Shown here piece after piece: positions 47,918 through 57,313 of a DNA stretch of 64,000 bases. Position 1 is the stretch's first letter. Every line of letters starts with the position of its first letter. The stretch is from Nanobdellati archaeon (lineage in GTDB: Archaea > Nanobdellota > Nanobdellia > CSSed11-243R1). The notes beneath the pieces are model-generated. The model saw only the letters and a list, made by a program, of their open reading frames with translations, searched no databases and was not told the origin of the DNA. The stretch is from the NCBI GenBank assembly GCA_027007025.1, contig JALTFL010000002.1, forward strand, positions 167,066 to 231,065, read 5' to 3'. The position numbers were made by a program, and so were the translations under genes.

Positions 47918-48333
47918 TTCTTAGCCTCTTTTTTGTTTTTCTTTAAATATTCTTCAGGTTTTCTAACATTTACAATCTTTATTTTTTTGCTGAGTGCTTT
48001 TTCTATTACGGCTATTTTCTTTTTCTTGCCTATGTTCGCAATCTTGATTGCATCTGTTGCTGGATTTACCTTTTCTAATTGAACGAGATTTTTAATATCA
48101 ATAATCTTAAGCCCGCTTGTATGTGTCCCTCTTAGCTTTTTCGGGGACGCGTAACCAATATCTGGTGCAGCACCTTTGTGGTAGCTGAGCAATTTCTTTA
48201 CTCTGCCATGCATTCCTTTGGCTTTTCTCCATATAGATTTTATTCTTTTTCTTGAAGCGCCAAGCCTAGGGAACTTTGGTTTCTTCTTTCTCATGTTTTT
48301 TATTTTGCTTGTCATTTTACTTACCTTTTTCAA
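47914..48333 (-). CDS. rpl32e: ribosomal protein L32e
   Basis: Operon position and a basic core. Confidence 0.8.
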   Translation of the reverse strand: MKKVSKMTSKIKNMRKKKPKFPRLGASRKRIKSIWRKAKGMHGRVKKLLSYHKGAAPDIGYASPKKLRGTHTSGLKIIDIKNLVQLEKVNPATDAIKIANIGKKKKIAVIEKALSKKIKIVNVRKPEEYLKKNKKEAKK

Positions 48334-48838
48334 CTATAAATATGCCGTCCTGGAATATCCTTCTGTCTTTTCCAACAATTCTTGTTGTACGCTCTATATT
48401 CGCGGCTGTCTGCGCGACTGCATCTAGGTTTATTCCGGTTACGGTTATGTCTTGCTTTTGGATTTTTACTTCAGCACCTGGCAATATCTTCGCTTTTCTT
48501 GGTGCTCTTTCTCCTATGAAGTTTTCGATTACCACTTTGTCCCCATCAACTTTGACAGTTGTTGGGAAGTGGGTGTATACGACCTTTAGTTTGTATGTGA
48601 ATCCTTCAGTGCTCCCTTTTATCATATTGTTTATGTGGGCCACAAATGTTTTTATAAGCCTCTTGTCCTTTCTACTTTCTCCAGATGTTGTAAGTTTTAT
48701 TTCGTCTCCTTTAACACTAATCTTAACTATTGGATGAGACAATTTCTTTTTTACCTCACCCAATTTTCCTACGACTATCATATTGCCTTTCTCGTATTTT
48801 GCTTGCATGCCTTCTGGCAGTTTGATTATCTCTTCCAT
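48317..48838 (-). CDS. rpl6: ribosomal protein L6 (uL6)
   Basis: Two-domain uL6 pattern, in operon position. Confidence 0.85.
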   Translation of the reverse strand: MEEIIKLPEGMQAKYEKGNMIVVGKLGEVKKKLSHPIVKISVKGDEIKLTTSGESRKDKRLIKTFVAHINNMIKGSTEGFTYKLKVVYTHFPTTVKVDGDKVVIENFIGERAPRKAKILPGAEVKIQKQDITVTGINLDAVAQTAANIERTTRIVGKDRRIFQDGIFIVEKGK

Positions 48839-48847
48839 TTTTATCCC

Positions 48848-49231
48848 TTAGTATATATACGCTAAAAGCTGTCCTCCAATTTTTTCTTTCTTTGCTTTTT
48901 CCTGTGTCATTATACCTTTTGTCGTTGAGATTATCAACATCCCAAATCCTTTTGCCGGAAGATATCTCTTCTCGAACTTTTCAAAGTTCAAAGCTGAGGT
49001 TGAGAATCTTGGCTTTATAGCTCCGCAGTTGTTGATTGCACCCTTTAGCTTTATTTTTGCTATTCCTCCCTTGTTGTCGTCGATTATCTCAAATTCGTCA
49101 ATATATCCTTTTTCATGTATGAGTGTCAATATGTTTTTTAGCAATTTGGATATTGGCTTGACTATGCATTCTGATTTTCCCTTCTTTTCTGCATTTTTTA
49201 TCTGCGAGAGCGCATGTGCAAGTATATCCAT
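48848..49231 (-). CDS. rps8: ribosomal protein S8 (uS8)
   Basis: MDILAHALSQIKNAEKKGK. Confidence 0.85.
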   Translation of the reverse strand: MDILAHALSQIKNAEKKGKSECIVKPISKLLKNILTLIHEKGYIDEFEIIDDNKGGIAKIKLKGAINNCGAIKPRFSTSALNFEKFEKRYLPAKGFGMLIISTTKGIMTQEKAKKEKIGGQLLAYIY

Positions 49232-49233
49232 TT

Positions 49234-49473
49234 TTACACCTCATGTCCATACTTCTTGAATCCTAAGTCGGATGACAAATCTCTGAAGCACTGCCTACAC
49301 AAATTAAGCCCATATTTTCTTATATGTGCCGTGTGCTTGCCACACCTTTCGCATTTTCTTGTGGCAATTCCATGGCTTCTTTTCTTTGGCTTGCTGTGTT
49401 TCAAAAATCTCTCCTTCTTTGCAGGTTTGTGTTCGATTTGTTTCAACAATTTCTCATAACTTTTTATAGTCAA
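49234..49473 (-). CDS. rps14: ribosomal protein S14 (uS14, zinc-binding type)
   Basis: CERCGKHTAHIRKYGLNLCRQCFR. Confidence 0.85.
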   Translation of the reverse strand: MTIKSYEKLLKQIEHKPAKKERFLKHSKPKKRSHGIATRKCERCGKHTAHIRKYGLNLCRQCFRDLSSDLGFKKYGHEV

Positions 49474-49483
49474 TTATATCACC

Positions 49484-50041
49484 TTAAAAATATGTTGTCC
49501 TCTTTCTTTTTCCAACTTGGATTTCAAATTTATTTTTGAAAAATTCTATGGATTCATCTTTTGTTATCCTGTGATGAGTTCCTATCTTCGCACGTCTATA
49601 TGCCTTTCTTTTTGTTCTATACCCACCTTTTCTTTTTAGCGTAATGCTTACATCTAATCCAATTATACCAAGTGATGGGTCATATCTGACGTCTGGTATG
49701 TGGATATATTCATTTATTCCGAATGAAAGGTTTCCTTCCTCGTCAAACTGGCTCGGTTCGACTGTATTGTCAACCGCCTTGAACAACCTTTTCAGCAATG
49801 CTATTGCTTCTTTTCCTCTTAATGTTGTTTTTACACCCAATGCAAGCCCAGGTCTTACTCCCCAGCTTGGGATTCTTTTTTTGGAGCGAGTCACTACAAC
49901 TTTGGTGCCTGCGATTCTTTCCAGGAGAACTTTTGCCTTTTCCAATTTGTCACCTGCTTCACCTACTCCAACGTTTAGGGTAATCTTGTCAATCATTATT
50001 TCTCTCATTGGATTTTCTTTTTCGTCACTCACTTTCTTCAC
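49484..50041 (-). CDS. rpl5: ribosomal protein L5 (uL5)
   Basis: KITLNVGVGEAGDKLEKA. Confidence 0.85.
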   Translation of the reverse strand: MKKVSDEKENPMREIMIDKITLNVGVGEAGDKLEKAKVLLERIAGTKVVVTRSKKRIPSWGVRPGLALGVKTTLRGKEAIALLKRLFKAVDNTVEPSQFDEEGNLSFGINEYIHIPDVRYDPSLGIIGLDVSITLKRKGGYRTKRKAYRRAKIGTHHRITKDESIEFFKNKFEIQVGKRKRTTYF

Positions 50042-50747
50042 CCGGCAGTTTTATTTCAGGCTTGTCTTTTCCAATTACAAAAATATATTTCTTAAGTGTC
50101 TCGAATGACTTTCCGTCATTTGTCTGCAATGCCACTCTGTCCTGGTTTGAACCTGGCATCGACTTGAACTCAATAATTTTTGCTGTTTCGCCAATGTGTG
50201 TTCCATCTGTAATATAAACATAAACATCTTTTTCAAGAGGCAAGTGTTTCTTTATTTCCTGGTTTGGAAGGGATATCTCAATAGTGTCCCCCGTGTTGAA
50301 TTTCTTTTCATCAATTAGTATGTTTCTTCCATCATGCAATGTGATTTGTATCTTTCCTTTTTTAGCGGCTTTTTTATTCTTTATTTTGCACAGTTTTATC
50401 TTAGCTTCATTTTCACTTATCTTCACGAGTTTTACCTTTCCTTTTTCGTCAAACAAAAATCTGTAATTGCTGTTTATTGATGGAATTGATATAACATCCA
50501 TAAGCCCGACAGGGAACTTGTAATCCTTTCTTATCTTTTGGTCAACAAGCACGCTGTTCGCGTTCAATATTTTTTTTGCTTCTTTTGCACTTTTTGTTAA
50601 TCTCATTAAGTCACGTAAAATTACCGCTAGTGGTAGGCTATTGTCTTTCGGATGAGGTCCAGGATTAGCTCTAATTATATAGTGTGCCTCTTTCTTAAGT
50701 ACTGGATATATTTTTGGTGATGCTAATCTGTGAATATGTCTGCTCAT
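50025..50747 (-). CDS. rps4e: ribosomal protein S4e
   Basis: HIHRLASPKIYPVLKKEAHYIIRANPGPH. Confidence 0.85.
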   Translation of the reverse strand: MSRHIHRLASPKIYPVLKKEAHYIIRANPGPHPKDNSLPLAVILRDLMRLTKSAKEAKKILNANSVLVDQKIRKDYKFPVGLMDVISIPSINSNYRFLFDEKGKVKLVKISENEAKIKLCKIKNKKAAKKGKIQITLHDGRNILIDEKKFNTGDTIEISLPNQEIKKHLPLEKDVYVYITDGTHIGETAKIIEFKSMPGSNQDRVALQTNDGKSFETLKKYIFVIGKDKPEIKLPGEESE

Positions 50748-51109
50748 TTCTTTTCACCCTTTGTTTTATTTTCAATTTTTGATTTTCTAAGCTTGTCACT
50801 TAAATCCAAGCCGGTTATTATTAAATTTGATGGGTTTATTGGAACTTTTGTGTTTGTCCCGTCTGCTTTTTGTATTTGAATACTCTCGATGTAAACTTTG
50901 CCTTTGTTTGGAATTATTCTCTCAACTTTGTTTATTTTTCCCTTGAATTTTCCTCTCACAATTTTTACTTCATCTCCTTTTCTTAATCCAAAAGTTCTCA
51001 ATTTGTATTTTGCGCGGAGATCTTTTGATAGATAAACCATGACTCCTTTTATGGTTGATTTTTTACTCATTCTTTTCCTATTTTTGGATGGGTTTTTTGT
51101 TTTTGACAT
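50744..51109 (-). CDS. rpl24: ribosomal protein L24 (uL24)
   Basis: KOW motif GDEVKIVRGKFKGKINKV. Confidence 0.85.
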   Translation of the reverse strand: MSKTKNPSKNRKRMSKKSTIKGVMVYLSKDLRAKYKLRTFGLRKGDEVKIVRGKFKGKINKVERIIPNKGKVYIESIQIQKADGTNTKVPINPSNLIITGLDLSDKLRKSKIENKTKGEKK

Positions 51110-51110
51110 A

Positions 51111-51515
51111 TTATACCACCATATTTGAAATTCTAGTCACAAGCGAAAATCTTTCAATTACTTCTCTTGCAACGGGACCTTTTATTACGGTTCCCTTTGG
51201 TTCCCCTTTCTTTAAGTCTTTCATGACAATTGCGGCATTGTCTTCAAATTTTATTCTTGTTCCATTTTTCCTTCTGTATTCTTTCTTCTGTCTTATTATT
51301 ACGCATGGAACTATTGTGTGTTTCATATCCGGCGTACCCACCTTAACTGCTCCGAGTACAACATCTCCAACACCGCACTTTGGAAGTCTTGACCTTACTC
51401 CCTTATACCCTTTTACTGCAATTATCTCTATCTCTTTGGCTCCTGAGTTGTCAGCTATCTTAACTCTGCTTCCAACCTGCAGTCCTCTTGTTACTTTTGC
51501 CTTTAGTCCTTTCAT
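51111..51515 (-). CDS. rpl14: ribosomal protein L14 (uL14)
   Basis: VGSRVKIADNSGAKEIEII. Confidence 0.9.
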   Translation of the reverse strand: MKGLKAKVTRGLQVGSRVKIADNSGAKEIEIIAVKGYKGVRSRLPKCGVGDVVLGAVKVGTPDMKHTIVPCVIIRQKKEYRRKNGTRIKFEDNAAIVMKDLKKGEPKGTVIKGPVAREVIERFSLVTRISNMVV

Positions 51516-51859
51516 TTTTTATTCACTTTTCCAATCACTACGAATTTTTTTGTTTTGGATATTGGGCGACATTCTCCAATAATTACCTTGTCGCCTTCTT
51601 TTATGTGTATACATGGGGGTTTGTGAGCATTAACTTTGGTGAATTTCTTTTCAAATCTTTCATACTTTGGGAAATATACCATTCTCTCCCATTTAATTAT
51701 GGCAGTTCTTGATGACTTCACGCTTTCAACTACACCTTCAAAGATTCTCCCCCTTATACTTAAATTCCCATGAAACGGGCAATTAATGTCATTACAAGTT
51801 TCACTAGGGGGTTCTATCCCAGGTATCCCAACATTTTTTTTCTTTATCTTTTCCGTCAT
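51512..51859 (-). CDS. rps17: ribosomal protein S17 (uS17)
   Basis: GRIFEGVVESVKSSRTAIIKWER. Confidence 0.85.
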   Translation of the reverse strand: MTEKIKKKNVGIPGIEPPSETCNDINCPFHGNLSIRGRIFEGVVESVKSSRTAIIKWERMVYFPKYERFEKKFTKVNAHKPPCIHIKEGDKVIIGECRPISKTKKFVVIGKVNKK

Positions 51860-51860
51860 T

Positions 51861-52142
51861 TCAAATCCTCTTTTTTGGAATTGATTTTTTGATTCTTTTT
51901 TCGGGGTTTCCGCTTAAGAGCGTACCTTCGATTTTGACAATTCCTTTGTCGGTTTTTATCTTCAGGGTGCATTCCCTTTTTATTATTTTTTTTTCACCTT
52001 TCTTTGTTTTTATTGTGAGCATGTTTTTTGTTTCGTCGACTATTTTTCCTTTCAAGCCGACGAGACTTTTGTTTTTGCTTTCTTCAATCTCGGCTTCAAG
52101 CCCAATCAACTCGTGTTTTATGAGGTTTTTTGGAGTTATCAT
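51861..52142 (-). CDS. rnp1: RNase P protein subunit Rpp29 (Pop4)
   Basis: Conserved position between SUI1 and S17. Sm-like LIGLEAEIEESKNKSLVGLKGKIVDETKNMLTI. Confidence 0.7.
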   Translation of the reverse strand: MITPKNLIKHELIGLEAEIEESKNKSLVGLKGKIVDETKNMLTIKTKKGEKKIIKRECTLKIKTDKGIVKIEGTLLSGNPEKRIKKSIPKKRI

Positions 52143-52466
52143 TTACCTCACTTCGATTTGGTCTTCCGTGAATCCGGATTTCACGAGCACTTCTTTTGCC
52201 TTTTGTTTGTGTTCGCCTTGGAGTTCGATTGCGTTATCTTTGCTTGTTCCACCACATGCGAGTTCGGATTTGAATTTCTTAGCCAATTTTTTCACGTCAA
52301 TATCTTTTGGGTCAAATCCTTCGATGATGGTTGTTATTTTTCCATATCTTCTCTTCACAGTTCTTATGCGTATTTTTTGTTTTTCCTTTGCTATTGTCTC
52401 GCAAACGCATAATTCCTTGGGCAAACCACATTTTGGGCAAACTTCTGCCATGTTACTTTGAAACAC
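52143..52466 (-). CDS. sui1: translation initiation factor SUI1 (aIF1)
   Basis: N-terminal CPKCG..CVC zinc knuckle and the SUI1 domain. Confidence 0.8.
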   Translation of the reverse strand: MFQSNMAEVCPKCGLPKELCVCETIAKEKQKIRIRTVKRRYGKITTIIEGFDPKDIDVKKLAKKFKSELACGGTSKDNAIELQGEHKQKAKEVLVKSGFTEDQIEVR

Positions 52467-52659
52467 CTCTCTCTCTTTTTACTGTTAAAATCCTGGCGAT
52501 TGTTTTTCTTATCTCTCTTATCTTACCAGGATTATCTGGAGCAGCACCTTGTGATATTTTTGTTCTCGCTTTCATGAGCTCTTTTTTCAAGTCAAATAGC
52601 TTCTTATCAAGTTCTTCATCTTTCATTTTCTTTATATCTTTGATGTGTAATATTGCCAT
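52453..52659 (-). CDS. rpl29: ribosomal protein L29 (uL29)
   Basis: [18 protein letters not shown]. Confidence 0.8.
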   Translation of the reverse strand: MAILHIKDIKKMKDEELDKKLFDLKKELMKARTKISQGAAPDNPGKIREIRKTIARILTVKRERGVSK

Positions 52660-52661
52660 TT

Positions 52662-53297
52662 TTACTTTGCCTCTTCCTCGGGTACTTCTTCGACTTTTAT
52701 TTCTTTTGAATATACTTGGTCAGGCATCTTTATCCCTGGTGGTAATAGATTGACTGTTATGCCGACTACGCCAGGTTTTAGCTTGACGACTTTGTATCCT
52801 TTCTTTACCTTGCTTATCGCGATATCACCGCACTTTGGAAGGTGTCCCGCGTAAAATCTCCAGCTTCTAGCACGAGAGCTTGGTATCTTCCCGGACAATC
52901 TTATCTCCGCGCCTACTGCTCCTGCTCTCAGCATTTTTTCAATTGACTTGTGTCCAATTGCTTTAAATCTTGATACACCGAATTTCATTATTTGCGAACC
53001 AATTCTTTCAGCCATAACCTGTGCGTCAAGCTCTGGAATGTCAACTTCTCTTACTTCTACCACCGGTGATTCCAGTTTGAATTTCTTTTGAAGAGTTTCT
53101 TGGATTGATCTTATGTTTATTCCTCTCCTTCCGACAATCAATCCGGGTTTTGATGAGTAGATTATTATGCTATACCCTACAGGTGTCTTTTGAATATCCA
53201 CATGTGAAAATCCAACTCTATCTAATTTATTTTCAAGATATTCTTTAATTGAGTGCTCGTTTATCTTGTCTTTGATGAATTTCCTTTCTACGACCAT
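52662..53297 (-). CDS. rps3: ribosomal protein S3 (uS3)
   Basis: KH domain GLIVGRRGINIRSIQETL. Confidence 0.9.
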   Translation of the reverse strand: MVVERKFIKDKINEHSIKEYLENKLDRVGFSHVDIQKTPVGYSIIIYSSKPGLIVGRRGINIRSIQETLQKKFKLESPVVEVREVDIPELDAQVMAERIGSQIMKFGVSRFKAIGHKSIEKMLRAGAVGAEIRLSGKIPSSRARSWRFYAGHLPKCGDIAISKVKKGYKVVKLKPGVVGITVNLLPPGIKMPDQVYSKEIKVEEVPEEEAK

Positions 53298-53298
53298 T

Positions 53299-53895
53299 TT
53301 ACTTCTTCACCTTTTTCTTTGTTGGTTTTTTCTCTTTTTCTCTTTCAGCAACAATGATTTCTATATTTGAATATCTTCCTTTCTTTTCTTTTGATATCAC
53401 ACGCTCGCTACGCGCTATTTTGACATAAAGTCTTTCCGGGTCCATATTAAGGTATGTTGCGTTTGCAATTGCGTTCTCCAAGACTTCAAGTATATATTTT
53501 GAAACTTTTACGGGATATCTGCCCGCGCCAAAACCCTTTCCAGGCTTGTGAGGCGTGTCCTTTTTGTACCTGTAGTATCTTATTGGTCTCTTCAATTCAA
53601 TTGCGTCTTTGAGTATTTTTTTTGCATTTTCAACAGGTTGTCCCTTTATTGCTCTGCAGACTTCTACTGATATCTTTGGGGATATCGGAAGGTAAGATCC
53701 TTTTCCTTTGATTTCACTTACCTTTGGTTTTTTTATTTCTGCTTTTTTCTTTGTTTCTTTCTTTTTGGTTTCTTTTGGAGCTCCTTCAGCTGCTGCTTCT
53801 TTTTCTTCCTTCTTCTTTCTAGCTTTTTCTTCCAATTTTTCCTTTGTCTTTTCCTGTCTTGCTTCAAGCTTTGAACTTGTCATAATTTGCCTCAT
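53299..53895 (-). CDS. rpl22: ribosomal protein L22 (uL22) with about 55-aa K/E-rich N-terminal extension
   Basis: Core YLPISPKISVEVCRAIKGQPVENAKKIL. The N-terminus is a lysine-rich low-complexity addition. Confidence 0.85.
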   Translation of the reverse strand: MRQIMTSSKLEARQEKTKEKLEEKARKKKEEKEAAAEGAPKETKKKETKKKAEIKKPKVSEIKGKGSYLPISPKISVEVCRAIKGQPVENAKKILKDAIELKRPIRYYRYKKDTPHKPGKGFGAGRYPVKVSKYILEVLENAIANATYLNMDPERLYVKIARSERVISKEKKGRYSNIEIIVAEREKEKKPTKKKVKK

Positions 53896-54311
53896 TACTT
53901 AGTTGGTACAAACGCCGAACCACGTGTAGCTCCAACTCCTGGTGAATTGTGCTGAACTTTTTTTCTTGTTATTGCAAATTCTCCAAGATAATGTCCGAGC
54001 ATTTCGGGTGTAACATCAAGTTTTACAAACTCCTTCCCATTATGTATTCCAAATGTAAGTCCTACCATTATTGGAAGTGTAACCATGCTTCTGCAGTGTG
54101 TTTTTATCATCTTTGGTTCTTTTCCAGATTCAGCTTCCTTTCTTGCCTTCTTTATTTTAATCAACAATTTCTTTTCTTCGTCGGTCATTCCTTTCTTTAT
54201 GCTTCTTCTTTGCCTTGATGGAATTAAATTTATAAATTCATTTATGTCCATTTTTTTAAGTTCACTGAATGTGTATCCTCTATATGTGAAATCTTCTGCC
54301 AACATGATCAC
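53895..54311 (-). CDS. rps19: ribosomal protein S19 (uS19)
   Basis: [19 protein letters not shown]. Confidence 0.9.
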   Translation of the reverse strand: MIMLAEDFTYRGYTFSELKKMDINEFINLIPSRQRRSIKKGMTDEEKKLLIKIKKARKEAESGKEPKMIKTHCRSMVTLPIMVGLTFGIHNGKEFVKLDVTPEMLGHYLGEFAITRKKVQHNSPGVGATRGSAFVPTK

Positions 54312-55039
54312 CTTTTCTTCCTACCTGTTCTCTTGGAAGCTATGCTTCCGACTTTTCTTCCAGGTGGAGCATTTCTTGGAGCAACTTTCTTCTTTGAACT
54401 CTGGGTTGACCTTCTCTTACCTCCAAATGGATGCGAAACCGCGTTCATTGCCACACCTGATACTTTTGGCCAGTATTTTCCTCTTGCCTTCTTTATGAAA
54501 AAATTCTTACCTGCTTTGACAAGCGGTTTTTCTTTTCTTCCGAAGCCCGCAACCAAACCTATTGTTGCCCTACAGTTTGGATTCAACTGCTTCAATTTTT
54601 TGCTTGGTAATTTGACTATAACCCTATTCTCTTCGTGTGCTACAACCTTAGCAGCGCTCCCGCTTGTTCTTACTATCTTTCCGCCATCACCGGGTGCCAA
54701 TTCCAAGTTGTATATCTGGGTACCCGCGGGTATGCTTTTTAATGGAAGTATGTTTCCTGTTTTCACAGATGCTGCTGCACCCGCTTCTACTTTGTCACCC
54801 ACTTTGATGCCATATGGCGCAGGAAGTATAGCCTGAGCGCCTGATTTGTATTCTACAAGCATGACTGGCGCGGTTCTTGCGGTGTCATTAACTATATTCA
54901 ATACTTTTCCTTCTATCTTGCCTTCTCTTTCATCTTCATCAAGCGGCTTGTATCTTGATTGGAATCTGTACCTGAAGCTAGGTGCACTAAATGCTGTTGT
55001 TCCTTTTCCAGCTCTTTGTTGTCTCATTCGCTTTGGCAT
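54308..55039 (-). CDS. rpl2: ribosomal protein L2 (uL2)
   Basis: uL2 core ([26 protein letters not shown]). Confidence 0.9.
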   Translation of the reverse strand: MPKRMRQQRAGKGTTAFSAPSFRYRFQSRYKPLDEDEREGKIEGKVLNIVNDTARTAPVMLVEYKSGAQAILPAPYGIKVGDKVEAGAAASVKTGNILPLKSIPAGTQIYNLELAPGDGGKIVRTSGSAAKVVAHEENRVIVKLPSKKLKQLNPNCRATIGLVAGFGRKEKPLVKAGKNFFIKKARGKYWPKVSGVAMNAVSHPFGGKRRSTQSSKKKVAPRNAPPGRKVGSIASKRTGRKKR

Positions 55040-55048
55040 AATTCACAC

Positions 55049-55300
55049 CTACATCAAACCTAATTGGGTGGCTATGTCAATTGCAGGATATTCCTTTTGC
55101 AATCTTACATAAGCCTTTTTTCTTCCCTTTTGGTCTATTAACACTCTTACTTCCTTAACCTTGACTTTGAATCTGTCTTCAAGTTCTTTTTTTATCTTGC
55201 TTCTTGTTGCAGTTTTATCTGCTACGAAAGTTATAACATTATCTGATTCAAGCATTCTTATTGCTTTTTCAGTTGATATTGGATATTTTAATACTTCCAT
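55049..55300 (-). CDS. rpl23: ribosomal protein L23 (uL23)
   Basis: KYPISTEKAIRMLESDNVITFVAD. Confidence 0.85.
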   Translation of the reverse strand: MEVLKYPISTEKAIRMLESDNVITFVADKTATRSKIKKELEDRFKVKVKEVRVLIDQKGRKKAYVRLQKEYPAIDIATQLGLM

Positions 55301-55306
55301 TTTTTA

Positions 55307-56116
55307 TCACATGAACAATTTTTTTTCTCCAAGTGTTTTGATTGCTTCTTCGCTCCATATGACAATCCTTCCAGGATGTGTTCCCGGAGCAAGCACTTCT
55401 GCGTTCAAATCTTTTACAACATAAACGTCTGCGCCTGCAATATTCTTTGCGGATTTTGACAAGTCACATTTCTTTGAAACGACAAAAAGAGGACCTACTT
55501 TTTTCTTATATCTTCTTCCTCTCATTGTTCCTTTTCCTGCTCTTACTTTCTTTTCTTTTGCCCTTTCTATTTCTTCTTTCAAACCGACTTTCTCAAGAAG
55601 CTCTTTAATCTCTTTGGCTTTTTTCACATTTTCAATTTTGGATTCTATAATGATTGGGATTTCTTTTACGTTTTCAATTTTGTGTCCGCGTGACAACACG
55701 ATTTCCTTTACGGCTGTTGCCGCTATAGCGCTTCTTATTGCTTTCTTTCTCTCCTTGTTGTTTATCTTTTCGGCAAGCACCTTTTCAACCTTAGGTGGGT
55801 GAGCCACCCTTCCGCCGACAGTGTTTGGAGCTGTTGCACCAAGAGTAATGAACCTGCTTCCCTGTCTAACTGTTATCTTTCTTGGAGTTCTTGACTGTCC
55901 GAATCCATAGGTTGTCCTATATTCCCTTCTTCTTTTTGAGAATTCAGATGAATATCTATTCCCTGCGTTTTCTTTTAACCCATGAGGCTGCATTTTGTGG
56001 GATTGAATCGCAAGAACAGTGCGCCTAATCAAGTCTGGCCTGACTTCCTCGCTGAACTGTGCTGGAAGTTTTATATCTCCCTTGGCTTCTCCTTTGATTG
56101 AAAGTACTTTCGTCAT
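55307..56116 (-). CDS. rpl4: ribosomal protein L4 (uL4)
   Basis: Operon position and uL4 core. Confidence 0.85.
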   Translation of the reverse strand: MTKVLSIKGEAKGDIKLPAQFSEEVRPDLIRRTVLAIQSHKMQPHGLKENAGNRYSSEFSKRRREYRTTYGFGQSRTPRKITVRQGSRFITLGATAPNTVGGRVAHPPKVEKVLAEKINNKERKKAIRSAIAATAVKEIVLSRGHKIENVKEIPIIIESKIENVKKAKEIKELLEKVGLKEEIERAKEKKVRAGKGTMRGRRYKKKVGPLFVVSKKCDLSKSAKNIAGADVYVVKDLNAEVLAPGTHPGRIVIWSEEAIKTLGEKKLFM

Positions 56117-57108
56117 TTCTTAACACCATCGATTTGGATTATATCCGGGGCTTGTGATGGAACGCTGCTTTTTGGGTTTATGGCAAATCTCATCCTCACC
56201 GGTCTCTTTGATGAGCCCGGTATAGAACCCTTTACAATTATATAATCTCCTTTGATAATCCCGTAGTTTTGAAATCCACCTTTCGGGGCGATTCCTTCAT
56301 TTCCAATACCTATTATCCATTTATTGTAATCGTACCTGTTGTGGAATCCCATCTGTCCAGGCATTGGAATCGTCCATCTTACCTTTCTTGGGACATCCGG
56401 ACCTATTGATGCGACTCCTCTTCTTTTTCTGTCTGTCTTTTTGGATTCCAGTTTTACGCCAAATCTTTTGATGGTTCCCTGAAATCCTTTTCCTTTTGTG
56501 ACTGCGATTATGTCAACTTGGTCTCCCGGCTTTAACACGTCTGAAGCCGAAATTTCATTTCCCAATATTGACTTTGCATACTCAAATTTGCTAGAAACAT
56601 CTTTGCCGCCGATTCCAATTTCAAATATTTCAGGCTTCTTCTTGTTGGCTCTTCCTTTTGGTAATGTGTAAACAAGAACTGTGACTTCAATTACTTCATC
56701 CAATTTGACTTTTGAAATTTGCTCTTCGATTTTCTTTTCTTTTTTTGGAGGTGTTATCTTTTTCTTCAGCTCCTTGTCAAGTTTTTCGGTCCAAATTTCT
56801 GTGAGAACTTTCTTGAATCCTCTAGCATCTTTTTTGTATAATCTTATTGCTGCAATTTTCATCTTTGGAGAATCCAAGATTGTGACTGGGATTGAAATGA
56901 CTTCGCCTTTTGTCGGCGAGTGTGGAGAATTATCGACGAAGGAAATTTGTGTCATACCTGCTTTGTATGCGGCAAAGCCAAGAAGTTTTGGTTCGTCGGA
57001 ATGAGGCCAGTTTTTTATTCTTGGATAAATTCTTTTAGCCCTAACTTTAGGTACAAATGCTCTACTTCCTCTTGTTGGTCTTTCTTTTTGTCCGACTTGA
57101 TGTCCCAT
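56113..57108 (-). CDS. rpl3: ribosomal protein L3 (uL3)
   Basis: First gene of the cluster. Core FKGTIKRFGV... Confidence 0.9.
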   Translation of the reverse strand: MGHQVGQKERPTRGSRAFVPKVRAKRIYPRIKNWPHSDEPKLLGFAAYKAGMTQISFVDNSPHSPTKGEVISIPVTILDSPKMKIAAIRLYKKDARGFKKVLTEIWTEKLDKELKKKITPPKKEKKIEEQISKVKLDEVIEVTVLVYTLPKGRANKKKPEIFEIGIGGKDVSSKFEYAKSILGNEISASDVLKPGDQVDIIAVTKGKGFQGTIKRFGVKLESKKTDRKRRGVASIGPDVPRKVRWTIPMPGQMGFHNRYDYNKWIIGIGNEGIAPKGGFQNYGIIKGDYIIVKGSIPGSSKRPVRMRFAINPKSSVPSQAPDIIQIDGVKK

Positions 57109-57247
57109 TTATTCACCTTTTGATGTGTTTTTTCATATTCCAGGGGTTTTTAAAGCTTACTTATGTGTCTAAGGGCCCTATTTTGCAGAAAACGACTTGT
57201 AACGGTTTTTTAACGGCTGATCAGTACACTAAACACCAATCTTATGC

Positions 57248-57257
57248 TTTATAAATA
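57248..57257 (+). promoter_or_regulatory. TATA-box candidate for the P-type ATPase gene
   Basis: CTTTATAAATA about 60 nt upstream of ATG 57314, in the divergent region with the r-protein operon. TTTAAAAA on the other strand at about 57144-57155 may serve rpl3. Confidence 0.3.
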
Positions 57258-57313
57258 TTTCCCAAATAAAATCTCCAAAAAACCTTTTAAGGAATTACTA
57301 ACTTTATTTGCTC

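Noticed and set aside
42764-57004. Dozens of antisense or alternative-frame ORFs of 60-200 aa inside the ribosomal protein operon
   Set aside because: They lie opposite well-supported r-protein genes. Their S/F/L-rich translations are typical of antisense reading of K/E-rich codons.
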